This document shows positions 8,601 to 17,152 of a stretch of DNA of 64,000 nucleotides, in pieces. Each line of letters begins with the position of its first letter. Position 1 is the first letter of the stretch. Made by a program: the position numbers and the translations under genes. The notes under the pieces are model-generated. The model made no database searches. It had not been told where the DNA came from and saw only the letters and a list, made by a program, of their open reading frames with translations. Source of the stretch: Myxococcota bacterium (lineage in GTDB: Bacteria; Myxococcota_A; UBA9160; SMWR01); contig DATKND010000025.1 of the NCBI GenBank assembly GCA_035541475.1, positions 4,377-68,376 on the forward strand, written 5' to 3'.

Positions 8601-9605
8601 GCCGAGCGGCCGCACCGCCGTCGTCGTCGCGGTGTCGTGCGGCATGAAATACGTCACGAGCTTGAACAGCGTCTCGCTGAGCGGCGTGCCGGTCGCCGGG
8701 TCGAGGTTGTTGATCTCGGTCTCGAGCGCGCTCCAGTTCGTGGAGTAGTCCGCGATCGGAACGCTGACGAAGCCGCCGTTCATCGCGGTCGTGAACTTCG
8801 CGATGCCGAAGCGCACCAGGTTCAGCGAGCAGCCGGGGCGGCAGTCGGGGGCGTACTGCGTGCCGTTGGTGTTGATCTGGTAGATCACATCGCGCGCGAC
8901 CTCGCGCAGCGCGGTGATGCGCGAGCGCTGGTAGAGGCCGTAGGTGGCGCCGCCGATGTAGTGCTGATCGTTCGCGGAGTTGTCGATGTCCGCGAGGATC
9001 TGCGCGCCCGTCATGCTCGTCGGGGGCGTGCCCCACGTGTAGGTCGCGGTGGTGTCGAGGTGGAACAGCCACTCGAGGTAGTCGTCGTCGATCCAGGTCG
9101 GATTGTCGTTGCTGGCGACGCCGTTGATGTTGGTGAGCTGGCCGTCGTGCCAGATCTTGCGCGTCTGGCCGCAGTACTTGCGCGTGATGTAGCCGGTGTC
9201 CGGGTCGTCCGTCGTGCTCGGGCTCGCGGTGAAGCCCGAGGTGCTGGGATCGATCACGAACCAGCAGCCGAAGCCGGGGTAGCAGTCGTAGGTGGTGTGG
9301 TTCCCCAGCTGGTCGGTGCTGGTGTTCGGGCCGTATGGGAAGGGACTCGTCGCCACGGTCGGGTTCGGCAGGACGTCGCAGCCCGCGTACGGCCAGCCCG
9401 GCGGCGGGATCGAGATCGACGCGGGGTGCCGCATGATCTCGTTCATCGAGTTCGAGTTGTCGATCATCAGCAGTACGTTCGGCGGCACGCGCGACGTGAA
9501 CAGCAAGGTGTCGTCGGCGCCGCTGGCGAGGCCGACGAGCAGGACGGCGCAGACCGTCAGGAAGGGCGCCGCGCGTCGCAGCAGCTGTCGGATGCTTCGT
9601 GCCAT
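5616..9605 (-). CDS. pilY1: Type IV pilus tip adhesin PilY1 with N-terminal vWA domain
   Basis: Signal/TM segment MARSIRQLLRRAAPFLTVCAVLLVGLASG. MIDAS-like LLMIDNSNSMNE. PilY1 beta-propeller signature DLDFDGFADVIYIGDLGGNMWKW. Sits after pilX. ORF maximum start is 9632. Confidence 0.85.
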   Translation of the reverse strand: MARSIRQLLRRAAPFLTVCAVLLVGLASGADDTLLFTSRVPPNVLLMIDNSNSMNEIMRHPASISIPPPGWPYAGCDVLPNPTVATSPFPYGPNTSTDQLGNHTTYDCYPGFGCWFVIDPSTSGFTASPSTTDDPDTGYITRKYCGQTRKIWHDGQLTNINGVASNDNPTWIDDDYLEWLFHLDTTATYTWGTPPTSMTGAQILADIDNSANDQHYIGGATYGLYQRSRITALREVARDVIYQINTNGTQYAPDCRPGCSLNLVRFGIAKFTTAMNGGFVSVPIADYSTNWSALETEINNLDPATGTPLSETLFKLVTYFMPHDTATTTAVRPLGVAPGNTGTTRFPAYKYNMTDGSYTTTASSWPPDPVQQACQKNFIVIITDGQPSGDNFTTSGNETQGFSVFRSQLVGDYAPDLTGALDIGTDSTPEEGNPPFQATDATGYLDDIAKAVQDIDIRPDLTGNQHIDVYTIGLATDPVANALLQHTATNGNGLFRAAWSAQDMIDSLVAAIEDILNKAQAFTSAAVPASRTTSAENFYTAYFVPASNTWYWEGHLKDFNFSQTGDILTADGHCAVGVSSTAVPPCPSDGTLRTTANAYWDAADQMPAPASRKLYVELGNTAIFAQPTAFNIPSPASTAATWFGMVSGDLSVVPYSSLVSPDNTTTGAASALIQNLRGCTFAATGCTTRVDNNGSPLYLGDIFHSNPVVVGSPNAPIGEATYQTFATTNRTRTRVIYAGANDGFLHAFHAGTWQTVDTDGVTPLVPPRYDRGTGQELMGFMPYTIRKTVKNLVKTVTGLRTAVNVDGSPVVADVWFNRNTSGSNLTTVNSTAVSKVVAQWRTVLMAGLRDGGSQYFAMDITSPPASAATTTTTYPRYLWGFPVEDPINGVNPGTAGETAWMGNTWSEPVITRVKVRVNNAADHYERWVAVFGGGYSIEGDPNGTGYVATSQKGRVIYMVDINTGEVLAKKAFSATATPTMTAATSEQQLYTEMRYSIASSPAVFDLDFDGFADVIYIGDLGGNMWKWVVTAPGDDTINGATGFKNTAQPQWPFRLWFRGAATTEPPAEMSGGAYSASVHYQSFFFPPTGAMRDGNLVLAFGAGERANPIGSAAVYSDGCTFPIASPMPTACKNNNRFYVVKDTDPEETIGTFPNRYTGRIVEDCGGTCTGEGDLANFDASSPIPCATMNTTKKGYYIVGRDAEKFVSNSTIFLNKVFTGSFLQRDPASTDICSGSGTSYLYSFDIDCALGVWPTNANTQEDRRIAIGSGLPTRPRVSAGSGSGGGGGGGGGGTDCGNKLVLVTSDGGLYNNSPGACPSSGIKVRSWRER

Positions 9606-9668
9606 GTTCGGATCCTCCCGCTGCCCCGTCATGCCGCCTCCTCCTCTCGGCGGGCGCAGCTCGGATGA

Positions 9669-10184
9669 CTAATCGTTGAAGGCGTTGCAGCGCTCCGCGG
9701 TGGCCTGGATGCGCGACGTCGCGCCGCCCTGCGCCACTCCCTGGGTCCGGACGTTCCAGACCGTGTAGAGGAAGATCGGTTGACCCTGCTCGATGCTGGA
9801 GCCCATCTCCTTGCAGGGCTCCGCGGCGGCGAGCATGCAGATGTTCGAGCTCGGCGCGGTGGAGTCCGGCCCGTAGGTGACGCCGTTCGGCAAGGTCGCG
9901 CTCGGGATCGGCGTGGTGAGGCAGTCGCCGACCAGGATCTGGTTCGCGAAGGAGGAGTCGTGGATCACCTTGAGGCTCGCCGCGAGCGCGGCGTCCGCAC
10001 CGTAGAGCGCGGTCTGCGACTGGCTGGTGAGGCCCGTCGTCTCGCGGTCCCGCATGACGGTGTGGAGAGACGCGAAGCCGATCAGCGCCATCGCCGTCAG
10101 CAGCAGCATGGTGATGAGCAGCGCGGCGCCGCCCTGGCGGCGCTGCGCGCGCGCTCGTGTCGTCTCGAGCATGCGTCGCCTCAT
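9669..10184 (-). CDS. pilX: PilX-like pilus assembly protein
   Basis: ATGA overlap with the pilW stop. The N-terminus RRQGGAALLITMLLLTAMALIGFASL is typical of the PilX N-terminal domain. Positioned between pilW and pilY1. Confidence 0.7.
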   Translation of the reverse strand: MRRRMLETTRARAQRRQGGAALLITMLLLTAMALIGFASLHTVMRDRETTGLTSQSQTALYGADAALAASLKVIHDSSFANQILVGDCLTTPIPSATLPNGVTYGPDSTAPSSNICMLAAAEPCKEMGSSIEQGQPIFLYTVWNVRTQGVAQGGATSRIQATAERCNAFND

Positions 10185-11173
10185 AGCGTCAGGTTCCGGA
10201 GCCGCGCGGTCGCGGTGTAGACGCGCCGGTGCTTGCCGTCCGCGACCGGGACGTTCGTCGCGCGGTTCTCGCGCGCCTGCCCGATGCCCGCGTCGGCCGG
10301 GTTGCGCGGATCGTTGGCGCGCGTGCGCGCGACCAGGTCGAAGCGGACCTCGCGCAGCTTGGTGCCGTCGACCGCGGACGTGTCGTAGTTGACCCCGGTG
10401 ACGCCGCGCATCTCGCCCGCGTCCACGATCTGGTTCGTGTTGTCGTCGTAGAACCAGGCGACCTGGAGGTCCTCGATGTCCTTCGCGAGCAGCACGCCGT
10501 CGCGCAGCAGCTGCGGCGGAGGCCCGGCGGCGATCTGGTAGATGTGAGCGGGCACGAGCCGCAGCTGCTTCGCGAAGGGCGCGGCGGTGGCATACATCGC
10601 CAGGAAGTTCACGGTGACGCTGTACGGTACGGTGATGCCGACGGCCGTGACGATCCCGCAGGCCACGCCGCGGCCGGGATTCGCGGTGTCGGTGAGGATC
10701 GCGCCGCCGCCGACGCGGAAGTCGCTGTCGTTGACGCCGTCGCCGTCCGTGTCGTACGTGGCGACGCCGTCGATGGTGACCTCGTCGAGGGCCATCGTCT
10801 TCGCGCCGGTCGCGGTCGGGTCGTCGGCGAGGCTGGTCAAGGTCGCCCCGAGCAGCTTGCCGTTGTACTGGACCTGGAGCTGGTCGGCCGGCAGGACCGC
10901 GTCGGTGTCGCTCACGAAGAGCGTGTCCGGAGCGGACGTGCTGTCCACGCCGCAGGCCGCCGCTCCGGGCGGAACCAGATAGCCGGCGTTTCGCAGGTCG
11001 CGCTCGATCAGCCGCGAGATCGCCTGCGTGTTCTGCTGTGTCTCGGAGATCTGGTCGACGACGGCGTGGGTGGCCTGCTGGTACGAGAACGTGTTGAACA
11101 CGAACAGCAGCACCACGGACAGGAGCCCGAGGCCCACGACCAGCTCGATCAGCGTGAAGCCGCGCTTCAGCAA
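10181..11173 (-). CDS. pilW: Type IV pilus minor pilin PilW
   Basis: TTG start. Prepilin leader MLKRG followed by FTLIELVV (N-terminal methylation motif). Size and operon position fit PilW. Confidence 0.8.
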   Translation of the reverse strand: MLKRGFTLIELVVGLGLLSVVLLFVFNTFSYQQATHAVVDQISETQQNTQAISRLIERDLRNAGYLVPPGAAACGVDSTSAPDTLFVSDTDAVLPADQLQVQYNGKLLGATLTSLADDPTATGAKTMALDEVTIDGVATYDTDGDGVNDSDFRVGGGAILTDTANPGRGVACGIVTAVGITVPYSVTVNFLAMYATAAPFAKQLRLVPAHIYQIAAGPPPQLLRDGVLLAKDIEDLQVAWFYDDNTNQIVDAGEMRGVTGVNYDTSAVDGTKLREVRFDLVARTRANDPRNPADAGIGQARENRATNVPVADGKHRRVYTATARLRNLTL

Positions 11174-11658
11174 CTCGGGTCACCCGTGTTGTATCGGCGC
11201 GTGCCGATGATGTGCTGCTTCGCCGTGGAGCTGCCGTCCTCGGTCCAGCTGACTTTCACCTGGACGTCGCGCAGGCAGACCGGCGCGGCGCCGATGTCCG
11301 TCACCTGCCACGTGATCGTGTAGGTGTGCTCGGTGGAGGCGGCGAGGCCGTCCGGGCGATTCACCGTGACCGTACTCGCCGGCTGGCCGGGCCAGTCGGC
11401 GCCCGGCGTCTGCCAGCCGCCCGCCGCCTGGGCCGTGGAGAGCACGCTCCACGGCAACCGGTTCGTCTGTTCGAGAAACGAGCGCGCGATCGCGGTGGCA
11501 TCGCCGGTGTGCTTGCCCTGCGAGCCCTGCTTCAGCGCCTGGAGCTGCATGACGGCGAGCGTCAGCATGCCGACGGCGAGGATCACCAGCGCGAGCATCA
11601 CCTCGATCAAGGTGAAGCCCTGCGAACCGCGCTCGTGTCGGTGGCGCGCGTCGCTCAT
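11167..11658 (-). CDS. pilV: Type IV pilus minor pilin PilV
   Basis: ATGA overlap with the upstream gene. Leader ...RGSQG followed by FTLIEVMLALVILAVG. About 160 aa. Confidence 0.8.
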   Translation of the reverse strand: MSDARHRHERGSQGFTLIEVMLALVILAVGMLTLAVMQLQALKQGSQGKHTGDATAIARSFLEQTNRLPWSVLSTAQAAGGWQTPGADWPGQPASTVTVNRPDGLAASTEHTYTITWQVTDIGAAPVCLRDVQVKVSWTEDGSSTAKQHIIGTRRYNTGDPSC

Positions 11659-12338
11659 TGCGTCCACGCGCCCGCGCCCGAGTTCCAGCGGTGCAGGCGC
11701 ACGGTCCCGAGCGGCGACATCACGATCGCGTAGTCGCGATGGCCGTTGGTGAGATAGATGGCGCCGCCGGCCGCGCCGACGTTCCCGGGGCTCCCCGGTT
11801 GATCGCAGGGCGGATTCGTGGCCGCGTTCTGCGCGAACAGTCGCGGCAGCCCGTCCGCGCCGAACATCACCCAGCTCGCGTTGGCACCTGCGGGCGTGGT
11901 GAAGCTCGAGCCCGCGGCCTGGTCGCCCGACGCGCCGGCGTCGTTCGGAGCCGCCGTGCCGTTCGCCAGCGCGGGATCCGTTCCGAAGCGGACGCCCTGC
12001 TCGAACGTGATGGTCTGCACGATCTCGCCCGCATCGATCGTGCAGTTGGACGAGCCCGCCGTGTTCCCGGTGGGGCCGTCGTTGACGATCACGGCGTCCG
12101 ATGTGATGCCCGCGAGCCCCGCCTCCACCCGGAAGGCGAGGATGAAGTTGTTGCCCGTCTGGATCGCCTGGGAGCGCGTCAGCGAGAAGGCATCGGCCAT
12201 CTCGCGCGCGGAGGACGCGACTCGCTGATCGGCCGACCAGTCCGAGACGACCGAGCTCGCCAGCGCCACCATCACGCCGATCACCGCCAACACGACGACC
12301 AGCTCGATCAGCGTCATTCCGGCACGCGCGCGGTCCAC
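11655..12338 (-). CDS. GspH/FimT(FimU)-like minor pilin
   Basis: GTG 12338 lies 6 nt after GGAGG and gives the short basic leader VDRARAG followed by MTLIELVVVLAVIG. First gene of the operon. ORF maximum start is 12380. Confidence 0.75.
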   Translation of the reverse strand: MDRARAGMTLIELVVVLAVIGVMVALASSVVSDWSADQRVASSAREMADAFSLTRSQAIQTGNNFILAFRVEAGLAGITSDAVIVNDGPTGNTAGSSNCTIDAGEIVQTITFEQGVRFGTDPALANGTAAPNDAGASGDQAAGSSFTTPAGANASWVMFGADGLPRLFAQNAATNPPCDQPGSPGNVGAAGGAIYLTNGHRDYAIVMSPLGTVRLHRWNSGAGAWTQ

Positions 12339-12534
12339 GCGGGACCTCCGACGCCCCGGCAGCGGGGCGCAATGAATCACCCCGCTGCATCGGCGCCGCC
12401 GACGGCCGACTTGAGACGCGAGCCGGCGGGACGCGGCGTCGTGCCGGTGAGTTGCGCGCGCGCTGCCGGGGAGGCGCGCGCGCAGGCGAAGCCGCAGGTA
12501 CGGACGCGTCGGGCCTCGGCGGGCCGCGCGCGTC

Positions 12535-12876
12535 TCAGTCGTGCGTGGCGGGCCGCTGCTCCTGCTCGAAGAGCCGCAGATCGAAGGCCACGTCCGGAGC
12601 CGCTCCGTAGTTGTAGCCGCGGTTGTTCAGCACGACCCAACCGGAGTCGCCCTGGCCGGATGCGGCCTGCTGCTGGAGCGCCTGCTCTTTGGCGTCGGCG
12701 AGCGCGGCATCCATCGCCTCCGGCGTGCTGCCGCCTCCGCCTCCGCATTGCGACGCCGCGGCGGGCTCTGGCTGCGACTCGCCCGCCCAGTGCGCGCGCG
12801 CGACGACGAGCGCGAGCACGGCGAAGAGACACGCCGCGCTGATCCGCAACGCGGCTCGATTCGAGATCTGGCGCAT
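12535..12876 (-). CDS. Small secreted hypothetical protein
   Basis: ATG 12876 is preceded by GGAGGA. Signal peptide MRQISNRAALRISAACLFAVLALVVARA. 113 aa. No recognisable domain. Confidence 0.6.
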   Translation of the reverse strand: MRQISNRAALRISAACLFAVLALVVARAHWAGESQPEPAAASQCGGGGGSTPEAMDAALADAKEQALQQQAASGQGDSGWVVLNNRGYNYGAAPDVAFDLRLFEQEQRPATHD

Positions 12877-13110
12877 GGATTCCTCCAACGCGGTCGCTCT
12901 CCATGGATCGGCCCGAAGAGCGTCTGGCTTGACGTGCGCGCGAGAGGCCCGTCGATGCACATGCTATGCGGCGGACCTGCGCAACGCCTGCCAGCGCATG
13001 CCGTCGCAGCCGCGAACGCGCGCAGATCGGCGAGCGGCGGCGCATTCAAGTCCGCGTCCGCGCACGCCGAATCGCTCTGCGACGGTTCGAAGGGACCGAG
13101 CTTCAGAGAG

Positions 13111-13119
13111 CCCCCCCCC
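13111..13119 (+). repeat. C9 homopolymer directly abutting the PEP-CTERM start codon
   Basis: CAGAGAG-CCCCCCCCC-ATG. Confidence 0.95.
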
Positions 13120-13992
13120 ATGCGATCCCGAATCCCCTCCCCTCGCGCGCTCGTGCGCGCCCTCTGTCTGACCGGCGCCCTCGCGCTCGGCTTCACCTCT
13201 TCCGCGCAGGCGGTGGCGATCTCGGGTCTCACGGTCTCGCTCGATGCGTCCAACACGGCGAACCTCTTCGATGACGTCGGCGCCAACGCAGAGCAGATCT
13301 CGAGCTCGGTCGCGGTGCAGTCGTCGACGGCCACCAGCTTCGTCACCCGCTACCAGGCCGGCGTCTACACGGACGCCGGCGGCAACGGCGCCGTCAACAA
13401 CACCACCACGTTGAACGCGTCCTACACGATCACGTTCAACGTCACGAACGCGGCCGGGGAGCTGTGGCGGCTAGATCTCGTGACGTCGCGCATCGGTGCG
13501 CGCACCGCCGTCGACGACGGGCAGGGCCAGTCCGCGTTCTCGCTCGGCGCGGTGACCGGCTTTCTCGGCGGCTCGGGTATGCTGACCTCCGGCTCGCTCG
13601 GCCTCGGCGCGATCGCGAACAGCCAGCAGGCCACCGCAGTCGATCTCGCGTTCAATCAGAGCGGAGCCGCGAGCATCAGCGGGTCGGGCAACGGCACGGT
13701 GACCCTGCGCTTCACCTTCGCCGCGAACGCGCAGACGATCGTCCAGGGCAACGGCGCCAACGCCCAGGGCGACGAGGCCGCGATCCGCATGGGCATCCCG
13801 GCCACGCTCAGTCAGTTCAGCGCGGGCAACTACCCCGGCCCGGGCAACCGCACCGCGGCGAACGACGGGCACTTCGTCGACCTCGATCTGCTCGACCTCG
13901 GTCCGGTTCCCGAGCCCGACACGGCGCTGATGCTGACCTTCGGGCTCGGCGTGCTCGCGATCCAGGGCCGCACGCGCCAGCGCCGCTCCTAG
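13120..13992 (+). CDS. PEP-CTERM sorting-domain protein
   Basis: Signal peptide MRSRIPSPRALVRALCLTGALALGFTSSAQA. The C-terminal VPEPDTALMLTFGLGVLAIQGRTRQRRS is a PEP motif plus TM helix plus basic tail. The body is Ser/Thr/Gly/Asn-rich. Confidence 0.85.
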   Translation: MRSRIPSPRALVRALCLTGALALGFTSSAQAVAISGLTVSLDASNTANLFDDVGANAEQISSSVAVQSSTATSFVTRYQAGVYTDAGGNGAVNNTTTLNASYTITFNVTNAAGELWRLDLVTSRIGARTAVDDGQGQSAFSLGAVTGFLGGSGMLTSGSLGLGAIANSQQATAVDLAFNQSGAASISGSGNGTVTLRFTFAANAQTIVQGNGANAQGDEAAIRMGIPATLSQFSAGNYPGPGNRTAANDGHFVDLDLLDLGPVPEPDTALMLTFGLGVLAIQGRTRQRRS

Positions 13993-14020
13993 CGATCGCC
14001 GCAACGCCTCCGGCTCGCGA

Positions 14021-14039
14021 GCGCGCCGATGCGGCGCGC
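14021..14039 (+). terminator. GC hairpin after the PEP-CTERM gene
   Basis: GCGCGCCG-ATG-CGGCGCGC is an 8-bp perfect stem 29 nt after the stop. There is no U-tract, so function as an intrinsic terminator is uncertain. Confidence 0.4.
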
Positions 14040-14053
14040 TACCGTCGAGCGCG

Positions 14054-15769
14054 ATGTACGCGGTGCACTACGGCTTTCGCGAGAAGCCGTTCGCGCTGAG
14101 CCCGGACCCCCGATACCTCTTCCTGTCCGCGTCGCACCGTGAGGTGCTTGGGCATCTCGTCTACGGGATCGAGCAGGGCGAAGGCTTCATGGCGATCTCG
14201 GGGGAGGTCGGCACGGGCAAGACCACGCTCTGCCGCACCTTGCTCGAGCGCCTCGGCTCGTCGTGCGAGATCGCCTTCCTGTTCAATCCGACGCTCGGCC
14301 CGACGGACCTGATCAAGGCGATCAACGCCGAGCTTGGGCTCTCGACCTTCGGCGACTCGCGCACCGAGCTGCTCGACGTGCTGAACACGTTCCTGCTCGA
14401 GAAGCACGCCGAAGGGCGCCGCGTGCTCGTGATCATCGACGAGGCGCAGAATCTCCCGGTCGAGACGCTCGAGCAGCTGCGGCTGCTCTCGAATCTAGAG
14501 ACCCACACGGCGAAGCTGCTCCAGATCGTGCTGATCGGGCAGCCCGAGATCGACGCCAAGCTCGACGCGCCCGAGCTGCGCCAGCTGCGACAGCGCATCG
14601 GAGTGTGGTGGCGCCTAGGACCGCTCCAACGGGACGAGACGCTCGCCTACGTCGCGCACCGGCTGCGCGTCGCGGGCGGCAGCGAGACGATCTTCAGCCC
14701 GAGCGCGATCGCGCTCGTGCACCGCCATGCGCGCGGCGTCCCTCGACTCGTGAACCTGCTCTGCGATCGCGCGCTGCTGCTCGGCTATGCCGAGGGGGCG
14801 CGCCAGATCGGGCGCGGCATCGTGACGTCGGTCGCGCGCGAGGTGCACCCGCCGCGGCGCACGCGGTCGCGACGCGGCGCCCTCCGGCTGGCGATGGCGC
14901 TGACGCTCGTCGCCCTCGGCGCGGTGGCGTGGCTCGGGCGCCCCGAGCGCGCGCCTCTCGCGAGCGCGCCTGCCGCGTCGCTCGCGCCGGTCGCGGCCGC
15001 GCCGATCCCGCTGGCGCGCGAGGCGGTGATGACCTCGCTGCCCGACCCCGCGCCCACCGGGCCTGCGGCCGTCACCGCTCCCGCGCCCGGCGCGCTGACC
15101 GGCGACGACGTCCTCGGCGCGCTCGCCGCGCTCCAGACTCCGGAACAGAGCCTCGCGGCCGCCACCCGGGCGGTCTTCGCCTTGTGGCAGATCGACGCGG
15201 CGGCGCCGAGCGGCCGCACGCTCGAGGCCGCCGACGAGGCGCTGCGCGTCGCGGGCCTCACGACGATGTCCCTGGCTCCCGGAGAGTTCGACCGCCTGCG
15301 CGAGCTCGACCTCCCGTCGCTGGTCGCGCTGCGCGCGCCGGACGGCGGCACGCGCTTCGCGCTGCTGCGACGCATCAGCGGGGGCAACGCCGATCTCGAG
15401 GGCATTGTCGCGGGCCAGAGCGTACGCGTCAGCGTGTCGGAGTGGATGCGGCACTGGACGGGCGAGGCGCTGGTCCCGTGGCGCGACTTCGCCGGTCTGC
15501 CGCCCTCGCTCGGTCCCGGCGACCAGGGCGCGCCGGTGGAGTGGCTGCAGGATGCGCTCGCGCGACTCGCGTTCTACAGCGGCGCGCGCGACGGCCGCTT
15601 CGATCCCGACACGCGCGCCGCAGTGCAATCGTTCCAGCGCGGCGCCGGCATCGAGCCCGACGGACGGGTCGGCGCGCGCACCAAGCTGGCGCTCTATCGC
15701 GCGCTGCCGGACTACGCGCTGCCGCTGCTCGCCGCGCCCGCGCACACGCCGCCCGCGTCCGGCTCCTGA
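14054..15769 (+). CDS. ExeA/GspA-like AAA ATPase with C-terminal peptidoglycan-binding domain
   Basis: The N-terminus YGFREKPFALSPDPRYLFLSASHREVL and Walker A GEVGTGKTT fit the ExeA family. A central TM segment is present. The C-terminal DGRFDPDTRAAVQSFQRGAGIEPDGRVGARTKLAL fits PG_binding_1. Confidence 0.85.
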   Translation: MYAVHYGFREKPFALSPDPRYLFLSASHREVLGHLVYGIEQGEGFMAISGEVGTGKTTLCRTLLERLGSSCEIAFLFNPTLGPTDLIKAINAELGLSTFGDSRTELLDVLNTFLLEKHAEGRRVLVIIDEAQNLPVETLEQLRLLSNLETHTAKLLQIVLIGQPEIDAKLDAPELRQLRQRIGVWWRLGPLQRDETLAYVAHRLRVAGGSETIFSPSAIALVHRHARGVPRLVNLLCDRALLLGYAEGARQIGRGIVTSVAREVHPPRRTRSRRGALRLAMALTLVALGAVAWLGRPERAPLASAPAASLAPVAAAPIPLAREAVMTSLPDPAPTGPAAVTAPAPGALTGDDVLGALAALQTPEQSLAAATRAVFALWQIDAAAPSGRTLEAADEALRVAGLTTMSLAPGEFDRLRELDLPSLVALRAPDGGTRFALLRRISGGNADLEGIVAGQSVRVSVSEWMRHWTGEALVPWRDFAGLPPSLGPGDQGAPVEWLQDALARLAFYSGARDGRFDPDTRAAVQSFQRGAGIEPDGRVGARTKLALYRALPDYALPLLAAPAHTPPASGS

Positions 15770-15771
15770 AT

Positions 15772-16791
15772 TTGGACGCGGCCACCGACTCCCCGAACGA
15801 TCGGCCTCGCGCGGCGCGCGGATCGCGCTGGGGCGCGCTGCTGCCGTGGGCCGTGTCGGCGGCCCTGCTCTTCTATCTCTTCGGCTTCGCCACCGACTGG
15901 CAGCGGCTCCGCGAGGCGACCACCCGAGCGAACCTCCCTCTCTTCCTGGCCTGCGCGAGCGCGGATCGACTGGCGTTCTTCCTGGCGTGGACGTGGCTCT
16001 CGGCCGCCGCGCTGCGGCGCTTCGTCGCCGAGGTGCCGGTCGCCTCGGTGATCGCGATCCGCGGCGGCTCGGAGCTCGTGCGGGTCGTGAGCAACCACCT
16101 GGCCGACGGCGCATTCCTGCTCGGCGTGGTTCGCCTGGCCGGGGGGCGGCTCGACGCGGTGATCGCGTGCACGCTCGTTCCGGTGGTCAGCCACTTCCTG
16201 GTGATGCTGGTGCAGATGACGATCGCGCTGCCGTTCCTGCGCGGACGCATCGTCGATCATCCGGACGTGGTCGGCGTCACGGCCGTGATGTGGGGAGTCG
16301 TCGTCGTCTGCGCCCTCGGGGTCTGGCTCTCGCGCACGCGCCGCGTGCGCTCTCCGGCGTTCGATCGGGCGTCGGCCTGGCTGGAGCGCTTCCCGCTCCG
16401 CGAGCTGCGGCCCTTCCTGTGGAGCTTCGCCGCGCTCGCGTTCTTCGACGTCCAGATCCAGTGGCTCGCGTCGCGCGCCTTCGGCGTCCCGATCGACTGG
16501 GCTGCGCTCGCCGCGCGCATCCCGATCGTCTATCTCGCCTTCCTGATCCCGTCGCTCGGCAACTTCGGCACCCGCGAGATGGCGTGGGCGAGCGCCTTCT
16601 CGGACTACGGGACGCGCGACTCGCTGATCGCCTACGCGTTCTCCGTCAACGCCGTGTTCCTGGTGGTGAACGCCCTGATCGGCGTGATGTTCCTGCGTCG
16701 CGCGCTCGATCTGATCGGCGCCGTGCGGCGCGCGCAGCGCGAGGGAGAGCCGCTGCCCCGCCCGATCCTCCACGACCCCACGGATCAGTAG
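15772..16791 (+). CDS. Flippase-like / lysylphosphatidylglycerol-synthase TM-region family membrane protein
   Basis: Polytopic membrane protein directly after the ExeA-like stop. Its end, LIPSLGNFGTREMAWASAFS ... NALIGVMFL, is typical of the LPG_synthase_TM (UPF0104) family. The start is uncertain (TTG 15772; no ATG available). Confidence 0.6.
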   Translation: MDAATDSPNDRPRAARGSRWGALLPWAVSAALLFYLFGFATDWQRLREATTRANLPLFLACASADRLAFFLAWTWLSAAALRRFVAEVPVASVIAIRGGSELVRVVSNHLADGAFLLGVVRLAGGRLDAVIACTLVPVVSHFLVMLVQMTIALPFLRGRIVDHPDVVGVTAVMWGVVVVCALGVWLSRTRRVRSPAFDRASAWLERFPLRELRPFLWSFAALAFFDVQIQWLASRAFGVPIDWAALAARIPIVYLAFLIPSLGNFGTREMAWASAFSDYGTRDSLIAYAFSVNAVFLVVNALIGVMFLRRALDLIGAVRRAQREGEPLPRPILHDPTDQ

Positions 16792-16890
16792 GGCGAGCGC
16801 GTGCGCCTCGGCGGAGGGGTGCCCGCTCCGGCACGGGCGTGTAACCTAGGGCGCCTTCTACCCTCCCCACCTGCCTCTGTGCGAGGACTC

Positions 16891-17082
16891 ATGGCGAGAA
16901 AGAGCCGCACCGCGGTGCTGAAACGCCAGCGCGAAGCGAAGAAGGCCGAGAAGGCCCTGCTCAAGCGGGAGAAGCGCGAGCTGCGGCAGGCCGAGTCTTC
17001 GAGCGAGCCGAGGGTGGCGACGGCGGAAGAGCTCGAAGGCTACGGCTTCCCCGTCGAGCCCGAGGAGCCCCAACGGCGTTGA
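16891..17082 (+). CDS. Small Lys/Arg/Glu-rich hypothetical protein
   Basis: 63-aa ORF from ATG 16891. Its Lys-rich composition (KRQREAKKAEKALLKREKRELRQ) is unexpected for random 70% GC sequence. Confidence 0.45.
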   Translation: MARKSRTAVLKRQREAKKAEKALLKREKRELRQAESSSEPRVATAEELEGYGFPVEPEEPQRR

Positions 17083-17152
17083 TCCTCGTCCTCGCCTTCC
17101 TCACCCCGGAGGCCACAACCCCGCGCCGGCCCTCTGGCGCCCTCGGAGTCGC

